From Convolutriloba macropyga (Eukaryota), in NCBI RefSeq assembly GCF_964194025.1, contig NC_134479.1, positions 15,624,001-15,688,000 on the forward strand: a DNA stretch of 64,000 nucleotides, written 5' to 3'. The notes beneath the pieces are model-generated. The model ran no database searches. It had not been told where the DNA came from and saw only the letters and a list, made by a program, of their open reading frames with translations. How positions within the stretch are numbered: position 1 is the first letter of the stretch; the number at the start of each line of letters is the position of its first letter. Positions 24,001 to 37,269 of this stretch are shown here, in pieces. The position numbers were made by a program, and so were the translations under genes.

Positions 24001-27000
24001 CATAGTATAAGTCTTTTAAAGCTCCCATATAAGCAGTTGATCAATTTATATCTAAGTCATTTTCATCCTCAGTACCTTCAATCCATAGTATAAGTCTTCA
24101 AAGCCTCCCATATAAGCAGTTGATCAATTTCTATCTAAGTCATTTTCATCCTCAGTACCTTCAATCCATAGTATAAGTCTTTTAAAAGCTCCCATATAAG
24201 CAGGTGATCAATTTATATCTAAGTGATTTTTGTCCTCAGTACCTTCAATCCATAGTATAAGTCTTTTAAAGCCCCCCACATAAGCAGTTGATCAATTTAT
24301 ATCTTAGTCATTTTTGTACTCAGTACCTTCAATCCATAGTATAAGTCTTTTAAAAGCTCCCATATAAGCAGGTGATCAATTTATATCTTAGTCAGTTTTG
24401 TCCTCAGTACCTTCAATCCATAGTATAAGTCTTTTAAAAGCTCCCATATAAGCAGTTGATCAATTAATGTCTAAGTCATTTTCATCCTCAGTACCTTCAA
24501 TCCATAGTATAAGTCTCTTAAAGCTCCCATATAAGCAGTTGATCAATTTATATTTAAGTCATTTTCATTCTCAGTACCTTCACTCCATAGTATAAGTCTT
24601 TAAAGCCTCCCATATAAGCAGTTGATCAATTTATATCTAAGTCATTTTCATCGTCAGTACCTTCAATCCATAGTATAAGTCTTTAAAGCCTCCCATATAA
24701 GCAGTTGATCAATTTATATCTAAGTCATTTTCATCCTCAGTACCTTCAATCCATAGTATAAGTCTTTTAAAAGATCCCATATAAGCAGTTGATTAATTTA
24801 TATCTAAGTCAGTTTTGTCCTCAGTACCTTCAATCCATAGTATAAGTCTCTTAAAGCCTCCCATATAAGCAGTTGATCAATTTATATCCAAGTCATTTTT
24901 GTCCTCAGTATCTTCAATCCATAGTATAAGCCTTTTAAAGCCTCCCACACAGGCAGTTGATCAATTTATATCTTAGTCATTTTTGTACTCAGTACCTTCA
25001 ATCCATAGTATAAGTCCTTTAAAAGCTCCCATATAAGCAGGTGATCAATTTATATCTAAGTCATTTTCATCCTCAGTACCTTCAATCCATAGTATACGTC
25101 TTTTCAAGCCCCCCATATAAGCAGTTGATCAAAATATATCTAAGTCATTTTTGTCCTCAGTACCTTCAATCCATAGTATAAGTCTTTAAAGCCTCCCATA
25201 TAAGCAGGTGATCAATTTATATCTAAGTCAGTTTTGTCCTCAGTACCTTCAATCCATAGTATAAGTCTCTTAAAGCCTCCCATATAAGCAGTTGATCAAT
25301 TTATATCCAAGTCATTTTTGTCCTCAGTATCTTCAATCCATAGTATAAGTCTTTTAAAGCCTCCCACACAGGCAGTTGATCAATTTATATCTTAGTCATT
25401 TTTGTACTCAGTACCTTCAATCCATAGTATAAGTCCTTTAAAAGCTCCCATATAAGCAGGTGATCAATTTATATCTAAGTCATTTTCATCCTCAGTACCT
25501 TCAATCCATAGTATACGCCTTTTCAAGCCCCCCATATAAGCAGTTGATCAATATATATCTAAGTCATTTTTGTCCTCAGTACCTTCAATCCATAGTATAA
25601 GTCTTTAAAGCCTCCCATATAAGCAGTTGATCAATTTATATCTAAGTCATTTTCATCCCCAGTACCTTCAATCCATAGTATAAGTCTTTTAAAAGCTCCC
25701 ATATAAGCAGGTGATCAATTTATATCTAAGTCAGCTTTGTCCTCAGTACCTTCAATCCATAGTATAAGTCTTTTAAAATCTCCCATATAAGCAGTTGATC
25801 AATTAATGTCTAAGTCATTTTCACCCTCAGCACCTTCAATCCATAGTATAAGTCTCTTAAAGCTCCCATATAAGCAGTTGATTAATTTATATCTAAGTCA
25901 TTTTCATCCTCAGTACCTTCAATCCATAGTATAAGTCTTTAAAGCCTCCCATATAAGCAGTTGATCAATTAATGTCCAAGTCATTTTCATCCTCAGTACC
26001 TTCAATCCATAGTATAAGTCTCTTAAAGCTCCCATATAAGCAGTTGATCAATTTATATCTAAGTCATTTTCATCCTCAGTACCTTCAATCCATAGTATAA
26101 ACGTTTAAAGCCTCCCATATAAGCAGTTGATCAGTTTATATCTAAGTCATTCTCATCCCCAGTACCTTCAATTCATAGTATCAGTCTTTTAAAAGCTCCC
26201 ATATAAGCAGATGATCAATTTATATCTAAGTCAGTTTTGTCCTCAGTACCTTCAATCCATAGTATAAGTCTTTTAAAAGCTCCCATATAAGCAGTTGATC
26301 AATTAATGTCTAAGTCATTTTCATCCTCAGTACCTTCAATCCATAGTATAAGTCTCTTAAAGCTCCAATATAAGCAGTTGATCAATTTATATCTAAGTCA
26401 TTCTCATCCTCAGTACCTTCAATCCATAGTAAAAGTCTTTTAAAAGCTTCCATATAAGCAGTTGACCAGTTTATATCTAAGTCATTTTGTCCTCAGTACC
26501 TTCAATCCATAGTATAAGTCTTTTAAAAGCTCCCATATAAGCAGTTGATCAATTTATGTCAAGGTCATTTTCATCCTCAGTACCTTCAATCCATAGTATA
26601 AGTCTTTTAAAAGCTCCCATATAAGCAGTTGATCAATTTATAACTAAGTCATTTTCATCCTCAGTATCTTCAATCCGTAGTATAAGTCTTTAAAGCCTCC
26701 CATATAAGCAGTTGATCAATTTATATCTAAGTCATTTTCATCCCCAGTACCTTCAATCCATAGTATAAGTCTTTTAAAAGCTCCCATATAAGCAGGTGAT
26801 CAATTTATATCTAAGTCAGTTTTGTCCTCAGTGCCTTCAATCCATAGTATAAGTCTTTTAAAAGCTCCCATATAAGCAGTTGATCAATTTTATGTCTAAG
26901 TCATTTTCATCCTCAGTACCTTCAATCCATAGTATAAGTCTCTTAAAGCTCCCATATAAGCATTTGATCAATTTATATCTAAGTCATTTTCATCCTCAGT

Positions 27001-30000
27001 ACCTTCAATCCATAGTATAGGTCTTTAATGCCTCCCATATAAGCAGTTGATCAAATTATATCTAAGTCATTTTCATCCTCAGTACCTTCAATCCATAGTA
27101 TAAGTCTTTTAAAAGCTCCCATATAAGCAGGTGATCAATTTATATCTAAGTGATTTTTGTCCTCAGTACCTTCAATCCATAGTATAAGTCTTTTAAAGCC
27201 CCCCACATAAGCAGTTGATCAATTTATATCTTAGTCACTTTTGTACTCAGTACCTTCAATCCATAGTATAAGTCTTTTAAAAGCTCCCATATAAGCAGGT
27301 GATCAATTTATATCTAAGTCAGTTTTGTCCTCAGTACCTTCAATCCATAGTCTAAGTCTTTTAAAAGCTCCCATGTAAGTAGTTGATCAATTAATGTCTA
27401 AATCATTTTCATCCTCAGTACCTTCAATCCATAGTATAAGTCTCTTAAAGCTCCCTTATAAGCAGTTGATCAATTTATATCTAAGTCATTTTCATTCTCA
27501 GTACCTTCAATCCATAGTATAAGTCTTTAAAGCCTCCCATATAAGCAGTTGATCAATTTATATCTAAGTCATTTTCATCCTCAGTACCTTCAATCCATAG
27601 TATAAGTCTTTAAAGCCTCCCATATAAGCAGGTGATCAATTTATATCTAAGTCAGTTTTGTCCTCAGTACCTTCAATCCATAGTATAAGTCTTTTAAAAG
27701 CTCCCATGTAAGCAGTTCATCAATTAATGTCTAAATCATTTTCATCCTCAGTACCTTCAATCCATAGTATAAGTCTCTTAAAGCTCCCTTATAAGCAGTT
27801 GATCAATTTATATCTAAGTCATTTTCTTTCTCAGTACCTTCAATCCATAGTATAAGTCTTTAAAGCCTCCCATATAAGCAGGTGATCAATTTATATCTAA
27901 GTCAGTTTTGTCCTCAGTACCTTCAATCCATAGTATAAGTCTCTTAAAGCCTCCCATATAAGCAGTTGATCAATTTATATCCAAGTCATTTTTGTCCTCC
28001 GTATCTTCAATCCACAGTATAAGTCTTTTAAAGCCTCCCACACAGGCAGTTGATCAATTTATATTCAAGTCATTTTTGTCCTCAGTACCTTCAATCCATA
28101 GTATAAGTCTTTTAAAGCCTCCCACACAAGCAGTTGATCAATTTATATCTAAGTCATTTTCATCCTCAGTACCTTCAATCCATAGTATACGTCTTTTCAA
28201 GCCCCCCACATAAGCAGTTGATCAACATATATCTAAGTCATTTTTGTCCTCAGTACCTTCAATCCATAGTATAAGTCTTTAAAGCCTCCCATATAAGCAG
28301 TTGATCAATTTATATCTAAGTCATTTTCATCCCCACTACCTTCAATCCATAGTATAAGTCTTTTAAAAGCTCCCATATAAGCAGGTGATCAATTTATATC
28401 TAAGTCAGTTTTGTCCTCAGTAACTTCAATCCATAGTATAAGTCTTTTAAAAGCTCCCATATAAGCAGTTGATCAATTAATGTCTAAATCATTTTCATCC
28501 TCAGTACCTTCAATCCATAGTATAAGTCTTTTAAAGCTCCCATATAAGCAGTTGATCAATTTATATCTAAGTCATTTTCATCCTCAGTACCTTCAATCCA
28601 TAGTATAAGTCTTCAAAGCCTCCCATATAAGCAGTTGATCAATTTCTATCTAAGTCATTTTCATCCTCAGTACCTTCAATCCATAGTATAAGTCTTTTAA
28701 AAGCTCCCATATAAGCAGGTGATCAATTTATATCTAAGTGATTTTTGTCCTCAGTACCTTCAATCCATAGTATAAGTCTTTTAAAGCCCCCCACATAAGC
28801 AGTTGATCAATTTATATCTTAGTCATTTTTGTACTCAGTACCTTCAATCCATAGTATAAGTCTTTTAAAAGCTCCCATATAAGCAGGTGATCAATTTATA
28901 TCTTAGTCAGTTTTGTCCTCAGTACCTTCAATCCATAGTATAAGTCTTTTAAAAGCTCCCATATAAGCAGTTGATCAATTAATGTCTAAGTCATTTTCAT
29001 CCTCAGTACCTTCAATCCATAGTATAAGTCTCTTAAAGCTCCCATATAAGCAGTTGATCAATTTATATTTAAGTCATTTTCATTCTCAGTACCTTCACTC
29101 CATAGTATAAGTCTTTAAAGCCTCCCATATAAGCAGTTGATCAATTTATATCTAAGTCATTTTCATCGTCAGTACCTTCAATCCATAGTATAAGTCTTTA
29201 AAGCCTCCCATATAAGCAGTTGATCAATTTATATCTAAGTCATTTTCATCCTCAGTACCTTCAATCCATAGTATAAGTCTTTTAAAAGATCCCATATAAG
29301 CAGTTGATTAATTTATCTCTAAGTCAGTTTTGTCCTCAGTACCTTCAATCCATAGTATAAGTCTCTTAAAGCCTCCCATATAAGCAGTTGATCAATTTAT
29401 ATCCAAGTCATTTTTGTCCTCAGTATCTTCAATCCATAGTATAAGCCTTTTAAAGCCTCCCACACAGGCAGTTGATCAATTTATATCTTAGTCATTTTTG
29501 TACTCAGTACCTTCAATCCATAGTATAAGTCCTTTAAAAGCTCCCATATAAGCAGGTGATCAATTTATATCTAAGTCATTTTCATCCTCAGTACCTTCAA
29601 TCCATAGTATACGTCTTTTCAAGCCCCCCATATAAGCAGTTGATCAAAATATATCTAAGTCATTTTTGTCCTCAGTACCTTCAATCCATAGTATAAGTCT
29701 TTAAAGCCTCCCATATAAGCAGGTGATCAATTTATATCTAAGTCAGTTTTGTCCTCAGTACCTTCAATCCATAGTATAAGTCTCTTAAAGCCTCCCATAT
29801 AAGCAGTTGATCAATTTATATCCAAGTCATTTTTGTCCTCAGTATCTTCAATCCATAGTATAAGTCTTTTAAAGCCTCCCACACAGGCAGTTGATCAATT
29901 TATATCTTAGTCATTTTTGTACTCAGTACCTTCAATCCATAGTATAAGTCCTTTAAAAGCTCCCATATAAGCAGGTGATCAATTTATATCTAAGTCATTT

Positions 30001-32801
30001 TCATCCTCAGTACCTTCAATCCATAGTATACGCCTTTTCAAGCCCCCCATATAAGCAGTTGATCAATATATATCTAAGTCATTTTTGTCCTCAGTACCTT
30101 CAATCCATAGTATAAGTCTTTAAAGCCTCCCATATAAGCAGTTGATCAATTTATATCTAAGTCATTTTCATCCCCAGTACCTTCAATCCATAGTATAAGT
30201 CTTTTAAAAGCTCCCATATAAGCAGGTGATCAATTTATATCTAAGTCAGCTTTGTCCTCAGTACCTTCAATCCATAGTATAAGTCTTTTAAAATCTCCCA
30301 TATAAGCAGTTGATCAATTAATGTCTAAGTCATTTTCACCCTCAGCACCTTCAATCCATAGTATAAGTCTCTTAAAGCTCCCATATAAGCAGTTGATTAA
30401 TTTATATCTAAGTCATTTTCATCCTCAGTACCTTCAATCCATAGTATAAGTCTTTAAAGCCTCCCATATAAGCAGTTGATCAATTTATATCAAAGTCATT
30501 TTCATCCTCAGTACCTTCAATCCATAGTATAAGTCTTTTAAAAGCTCCCATATAAGCAGGTGATCAATTTATATCTAAGTAATTTTTGTCCTCAGTACCT
30601 TCAATCCATAGTATAAGTCTTTTAAAGCCCCCCACATAAGCAGTTCATCAATTTATATCTTAGTCATTTTTGTACTCAGTACCTTCAATCCATAGTATAA
30701 GTCTTTTAAAAGCTCCCATATAAGCAGGTGATCAATTTATATCGAAGTCAGTTTTGTCCTCAGTACCTTCAATCCATAGTATAAGTCTTTTAAAAGCTCC
30801 CATATAAGCAGTTGATCAATTAATGTCTAAGTCATTTTCATCCTCAGTACCTTCAATCCATAGTATAGGTCTCTTAAAGCTCCCATATAAGCAGTTGATC
30901 AATTTATATCTAAGTCATTTTCATTCTCAGTACCTTCACTCCATAGTATAAGTCTTTAAAGCCTCCCATATAAGCAGTTGATCAATTTATATCTAAGTCA
31001 TTTTCATCGTCAGTACCTTCAATCCATAGTATAAGTCTTTTAAAAGCTCCCATATTAGCAGTTGATCAATTTATATCTAAGTCAGTTTTGTCCTCAGTAC
31101 CTTCAATCCATAGTATAAGTCTCTTAAAGCCTCCCATATAAGCAGTTGATCAATTTATATCCAAGTCATTTTTGTCCTCAGTATCTTCAATCCATAGTAT
31201 AAGTCTTTTAAAGCCTCCCACACAGGCAGTTGATCAATTTATATTCAAGTCATTTTTGTCCTCAGTACCTTCAATCCATAGTATAAGTCTTTTAAAGCCT
31301 CCCACACAAGCAGTTGATCAATTTACATCTAAGTCATTTTCATCCTCAGTACCTTCAATCCATAGTATACGTCTTTTCATGCCCCCCACATAAGCAGTTG
31401 ATCAATATATATCTAAGTCATTTTTGTCCTCAGTACCTTCAATCCATAGTATAAGTCTCTTAAAGCCTCCCATATAAGCAGTTGATCAATTTATATCTAA
31501 GTCATTTTTGTCCTCAGTACCTTCAATCCATAGTATAAGTCTTTTAAAGCCTCCCACACAAGCAGTTGATCAATTTATATTCAAGTCATTTTTGTCCTCA
31601 GTACCTTCAATCCATAGTATAAGTCTTTTAAAGTCTCCCACACAAGCAGTTGATCAATTTATATTCAAGTCATTTTTGTCCTCAGTACCTTCAATCCATA
31701 GTATAAGTCTTTTAAAGCCTCCCATATAAGCAGTTGATCAATTTATGTCTAAGTCATTTTTGTCCTCAGTATCTTCAATCCATAGTATAAGTCTTTTAAA
31801 GCCTCCCACACAAGCAGTTGATCAATTTATATTCAAGTCATTTTTGTCCTCAGTACCTTCAATTCATATTATAAGTCTTTTAAAGCCTCCCACACAAGCA
31901 GTTGATCAATTTATATCTAAGTCATTTTCATCCTAAGTACCTTCAATCCATAGTATAAGTCTTTTAAAAGCTCCCATATAAGCAGTTGATCAATTTATAT
32001 TCAAGTCATTTTTGTCCTCAGTACCTTCAATCCATAGTAGAAGCCTTTTAAAGCCTCCCACACAAGCAGTTGATCAATTTATATTCAAGTCATTTTTGTC
32101 CTCAGTACCTTCAATCCATAGTATAAGTCTTTTAAAAGCTCCCATATAAGCAGTTGATTAATTTATATCTAAGTCAATTTCATAATCAGTACCTTCAATC
32201 CATAGTATAAGTCTTTTAAAAGCTCCCATACAAGCAGTTGATCAATTTACATCTAAGTCATTTTCATCCTCAGTACCTTCAATCCATAGTATAAGTCTTT
32301 TAAAGCCCCCCACACAAGCAGTTGATCAATTTATGTCTAAGTCATTTTCATCCTCAGTATCTTCAATCCATAGAATAAGTCTTTTAAAAGCCCCCCACAT
32401 AAGCAATTGATCAATTTATATCTACGTCATTTTCATCCTCAGTACCTTCAATCCATAGTATAAGTCTTTTAAAGCCCCCCACATAAGCAGTTGATCAATT
32501 TATATCTAAGTCAATTTCATACTCAGTACCTTCAATCCATAGTATAAGTCTTTTAAAAGCTCCCATACAAGCAGTTGATCAATTTATATCTAAGTCATTT
32601 TTGTCCTCAGTACCTTCAATCCATAGTATAAGTCTTTTAAAGCCTCCCACACAGGCAGTTGATCAATTTATATCTTAGTCATTTTTGTACTCAGTACCTT
32701 CAATCCATAGTATAAGTCCTTTAAAAGCTCCCATATAAGCAGTTGATCAATTTATATCTAAGTCATTTTCATCCTCAGTACCTTCAATCCATAGTATAAG
32801 T
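21076..32801. repeat. Satellite array inside the Polinton, unit 83-84 bp, ~140 copies, 11.7 kb
   Basis: Consensus AGTACCTTCAATCCATAGTATAAGTCTTTTAAAAGCTCCCATATAAGCAGTTGATCAATTTATATCTAAGTCATTTTCATCCTC; includes a near-exact 4515-bp higher-order duplication. Confidence 0.98.
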
Positions 32802-33477
32802 GTTGAAAAAGCTTCCGCACTATCAGATGGAAATGAAAAAGTAGCCAGTGTTCAATGCCAAACCAAAACTCCCCTTTGTCTCGAAAAAATAGGAACATGT
32901 TCATAGTTACCTCTGTAGATCATCTGTGTCGATTGTAGCAATCTGTCATAATCTACCCTACAACTGATCTAAGTGTCTAAGTGAACTCAGTGAGTGTTTG
33001 TGAATGGTGGTGCGTGTTAAAAGTTTGTGAACTGCTGCCGTCTAATTTTCGCAATAGGGTTTCTCTAAACCAGCAAGGTCCGCCTCTCAATCATTGGAGT
33101 TGCCAAAGTTAAGAAGGCAAGGAGTTTACTGGCGTCAAGCGAGTACAGTTCCTGCTACTCTTCAGACTGTTTATCTCAAGACTTGGTACTCCAGACAAGA
33201 TATTAAAATTAATTCCCAATATATATAGAATTTATCAACAAACAAAATATAAATGTGAGCATCATCTGAAGCTGTTGATGAAATGTCACGAGACTAAGAG
33301 GAGAGTTTTGAAATAAAAAACCAATAAAAACCGGTCGAAAGGGTGCAAATTGTAAAAAGACTAACCGAGTAATTCCTTTTTCTCAACTATGTTCCAAGCT
33401 CTGCACTCATTTTTACTCTCCACGTCGCTCTCCACTTTGCACTCCACTTTGTTCGGTGACGTGTGCCATAAAATTGT

Positions 33478-34516
33478 CACCAGTACTCTTTCTATGTACA
33501 AATTAAAACTCGCTTAGGTAACCACAAGGTAGCTTAGGATCCAAAACACAAGTTATTTTTCACCAATACTCTTGATATGTACAAGTTAAAACTCGCTTAG
33601 GTATCCAGCAGGTAGCTTAGGATCCAATACACAAGTTATTTTTCACCAATACTCTTGATATGTACAAGTTAAAACTCGCTTAGGTATCCAGCAGGTAGCT
33701 TAGGATCCAACACACAAGTTATTTTTCACCAATACTCTTGATATGTACAAGTTAAAACTCGCCTAGGTATCCAGCAGGTAGCTTAGGATCCAATACATAA
33801 GTTATTTTTCACCAATACTCTTAATATGTACAAGTTAAGACTCCTTAGGTAACCCCAAGGTAGCTTAGGATTCAATACACAAGTTATTTTTCATCAATAC
33901 TCTTGATATGTACAAGTAAAACCCCTTAGGTATCCAGCAGGTAGCTTAGGAACCAATACACAAGTTATTTTTCACCAATATTCTTGTTATGTACAAGTTA
34001 AAACTCGCTTAGGTATCCAGCAGGTAGCTTAGGATCCAATACACAAGTTATTTTTCACCAATATTCTTGATATGTACAAGTTAAAACTCCTTAGGTAACC
34101 CCAAGGTAGCTTAGGATCCAATACACAATTTATTTTTCACCAATACTCTTCATATGTACAAGTTAAAACTGGCTTAGTTAACCCCTAGGTAGCTTAGGAT
34201 CCAATACACAAGATATTTTTCACCAATACTCTTGATATGTACAAGTTAAAACTCGCTTGGGTAACCCCAAGGTAGCTTAGGATCCAATACACAAATTATT
34301 TTTCACCAATACTCTTCATATGTACAAGTTAAAACTGGCTTAGTTAACCCCTAGGTAGCTTAGGATCCAATACACAAATTATTTTTCACAAATACTCTTG
34401 ATATGTACAAGTTGAAACTCGCTTAGGTAACCCCAAGGTAGCTTAGGATAAAATACACAAGTTATTTTTCATCAAAACTCTTGATATGTACAAGTTAAAA
34501 CTTGCTTATCTAACCA
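33478..34516. repeat. Second internal tandem array, unit ~83 bp, ~12.5 copies
   Basis: Consensus CACCAATACTCTTGATATGTACAAGTTAAAACTCGCTTAGGTATCCAGCAGGTAGCTTAGGATCCAATACACAAGTTATTTTT; anchors at 33561 and 33644. Confidence 0.95.
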
Positions 34517-34517
34517 G

Positions 34518-35221
34518 CTAAGTTCGTTTAGGCTTTCCTCGCTTTTTCCTGCTTTTCTTAACATTTGGCATCGACAATGGTGCCAAAGCAGTTCTAGCTG
34601 GGAGTGGAGTCGAGGGAGATCTTTGTGTATCGTGGTGGATGTCATCGTTACTGTAGACAACTTCGTGATTGGCATAGACAAACTCAGTTTCAATCTGAAC
34701 TACTTCTGAAACCGAGGGAACAAGTCTGCATAGGAACTCGTTCACTGGCTCTTCAAATAGCATTGGATTGTTGGCCAACTCTCGCTTAATCCGTAATTTC
34801 AACGGAATTTGCACAGTCTCAGCCCGTCTGTCAACTGGCGATGGGACGCAGACGTAGCAATCACAGGGATTCAAATCTATGACGCCACGGTTTTTACAGT
34901 GTAGCGGTCGTACCACTGAAATACATGAGAACGTTTATATTTGTTGTTAACTGACCGTTATTTGATCGCAAAGAACCGGTCCAAGCCAGATATTTCACTG
35001 ATAATTTAACAACAATAAGGGGCACAAGCAATGACGCTAATAAGTATTTTACACTAATAACAGATTCAAACGATAACGCGGATCCAGATCATCCGCTGGG
35101 TAAGCGGCCCTAATTCAGAACACAAAGAATGAAACGGGTATTTACCATGCACAGGGTGAAATGAAGCTCTCTGTTTTCCGGTTCTGAAGTCCATTAGAGA
35201 AGAACTCTCGATCTTCATCAT
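34518..35221 (-). CDS. Two-exon orphan Polinton gene (~157 aa) with CxCxxC motif and basic NLS-like tail
   Basis: Exon 1 35221-35146 (MMKIESS..HPVH), intron 35145-34916 (GTAAAT..TTTCAG, phase 1 matches), exon 2 34915-34518 (..HCKNRG..PCDCYVC..KKSRKKRGKPKRT). Confidence 0.6.
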
Positions 35222-35689
35222 ATTAATTAAGAATATGACCACCACTTTCGTAGAAACTGGAAATCTGTTATGACAAAAACAAAATCCTTGCAACTAGAGC
35301 GGATAGTAACTGTACATAAATGATACGAAGCGGAAAAACTCGACCAAATTCAGTTTGATTACAAATTGTCTAGACCAATCTCTGAATCAATTGACGCGTT
35401 TATCCGAACCTGCTAGTCTACAAGCTAAAATTTGGTACAATTTGTGTTTCGGTGTTTCTAGACGTCTTAAAACTCCGAAGTTGGAGTGATGAAACACGCG
35501 CACTTTTAATTATCTCGAAATTAGTCTGGAATAAAAACATAAACAACTAACCACGCTAAGACGTCTGGATAGAGTTACAACCTAAGCTTGAGCGATAACA
35601 AAAGCGTTTCATCTTGTAAAGTATTCCGCTGTAGCGGCTACATGAGCGTTCTATACTGTAAAGTTCCATTCTAAATGTTTTGATAAGCA

Positions 35690-35759
35690 GTCACTTTAGC
35701 TCAGTGTTTCAAGAGCTGCTCAATAAGCGAAGGGTCCGGGTTCGAATCCCGGTGGGGCA
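35690..35759 (+). ncRNA. tRNA-like Pol III-type unit at the right end, pointing outward
   Basis: TAGCTCAGTG (A-box-like; GCTC/GAGC D-stem), shortened anticodon region, CCGGG-TTCGAAT-CCCGG T-arm/B-box, then TTTT at 35767-35770. Confidence 0.55.
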
Positions 35760-35818
35760 AAAATCCTTTTGCAAGTGTCCCCCCCTGTATGTCCCCCTAG
35801 CCGGTATCATCTACTACT
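35735..35818 (-). repeat. Right terminal inverted repeat of the Polinton
   Basis: Reverse complement of 9702-9788. Confidence 0.95.
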
Positions 35819-37269
35819 CCTGTGGGACATATGAATCAATCACAACCGAACGTGAGTTTAGTTATTTAAAAAAACATTTGTTTTTTCTCTTTCGGCCTGA
35901 TGTAATCTCTGCGAGCATTTTTGTTGCGATGGTTACATTCAATATTAAAACATGGAAACATTGCTGAGTGCATTGTTGAGCAATATCCATTAGGAAAGCA
36001 TCATTACGTTTCTCAATTCTTAATACGGTCCAGTAAAAAAAATTCTATATTTTGATACGCCCGCTTTTTTCACAAGGACCATGTCAAACAAATTGCCGTC
36101 AATTGACGAGGTAAAATATCATACAATATCAATAGAGTAGATATTAGAAGACTACTGACATGATGTTTATCAATTGCATTTGAAAATTTTCAGAAAATGA
36201 TCATTATCCGGGGTGAGGTGGTAGAAAAAGGACTTGAATTTTATTGCCGGAGTCGGCCGTCCTCCCAGACTATTTCGAATCAGTCTTGATATTAGGAATA
36301 ACAAGAACTTAGAGATGATCATATAATAACATTATTCGAGAGATGATGATCATACAAAAACTAACTCCTGGTGTATATGATTTTTGGTAACCATACATGT
36401 TCATGTGTGATTTTATGATTTCCTATTAATCAGCATTCTATTGGATCATATAAGATTTTCAGGTAATCCTAAAAGGATCATGCTGGCCATGTAAGCATAG
36501 TACAATTTTTCGTGAAAAAACTTTAGCTCGGTTCATGAAAAGACTTTTCCTCGACTTTAAATAGGAAGATCGACTATATAATTTTAGCCAGCTCCCAAAG
36601 GCGGCCCTCCCAAATAGACATTTAAAGTCTTTTTTCATAAGTGGAGACCTAAATCTAGAAAGGAAATACGTTATGAATTATGACATCATCAACGATCCTT
36701 GTCTGGCTACAAAGAAATGTCAACCCGAATTGATATATGTTTGTTTAAATTATTAATTGTTGTTACTTCACGTGTAAATTAGATTATACAAAGTATAAAA
36801 CGACACTTTATGTACATCAATTAATTGAATCTTCTTCTAATTGAATATTCTTGTTTATTAAAAGCAATGACACAAAGTACAAGTTGCCCTTAAGCTCAGC
36901 AGCTGCTCTGAAAGTTTCCTCTGATTTCTCCCGAAGTTTGTTTTCAACTGAATGGAGAATTTCTTGCGAGGTTTTCTCGTTCAACTCGACAGGGCAGCTC
37001 AGACAGGAATAAATTTCGAATTTGTCACAAATACTGAAACACAATAACTGGTAAATAAAATATTTGCATTGAAATTAATTGCATTAAAAATAGGCTGATG
37101 AAGTTAGGGTATGTTTAACTTTACGGAGTTACAGTAAACTCATGATAGGGTAAAATTAACCCAGGTCGAGCTGTCCAAACCGAAACGACCTCAGATCAGA
37201 CCATCTTTTTGTGCACGCCTGCGTATCGTGCGCTCGAATTACATTATTTGGAAAAGTCATCTCTTGACA

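Larger units (their letters stand above)
9702..35818 (+). mobile_element. Full-length degenerate Polinton/Maverick (adintovirus-type endogenous virus), ~26.1 kb
   Basis: Termini AGTAGTAGATGATACCGGCTAG...CTAGCCGGTATCATCTACTACT. 6-bp flanks CATGTG (9696-9701) and CCTGTG (35819-35824) form a TSD with one mismatch. Full core gene set: ATPase, INT, mCP, MCP, PRO, pPolB. Confidence 0.95.

Noticed and set aside
23477-31936. Repeat-encoded 28-aa ORFs (SSVPSIHSISLLKPPTQAVDQFISKSF)
   Set aside because: Most monomers carry an in-frame TAA and many are 83 bp, breaking frame; the ORFs start at TTG or incidental ATG and are by-products of a period divisible by three.
21076-32801. 84-bp array as a CRISPR-like array
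   Set aside because: Units are contiguous near-identical monomers with no unique spacers and no cas genes; the context is eukaryotic.
33478-34516. Telomeric TTAGG repeats in array B
   Set aside because: Only two isolated GCTTAGG words per unit, not tandem telomere repeats.
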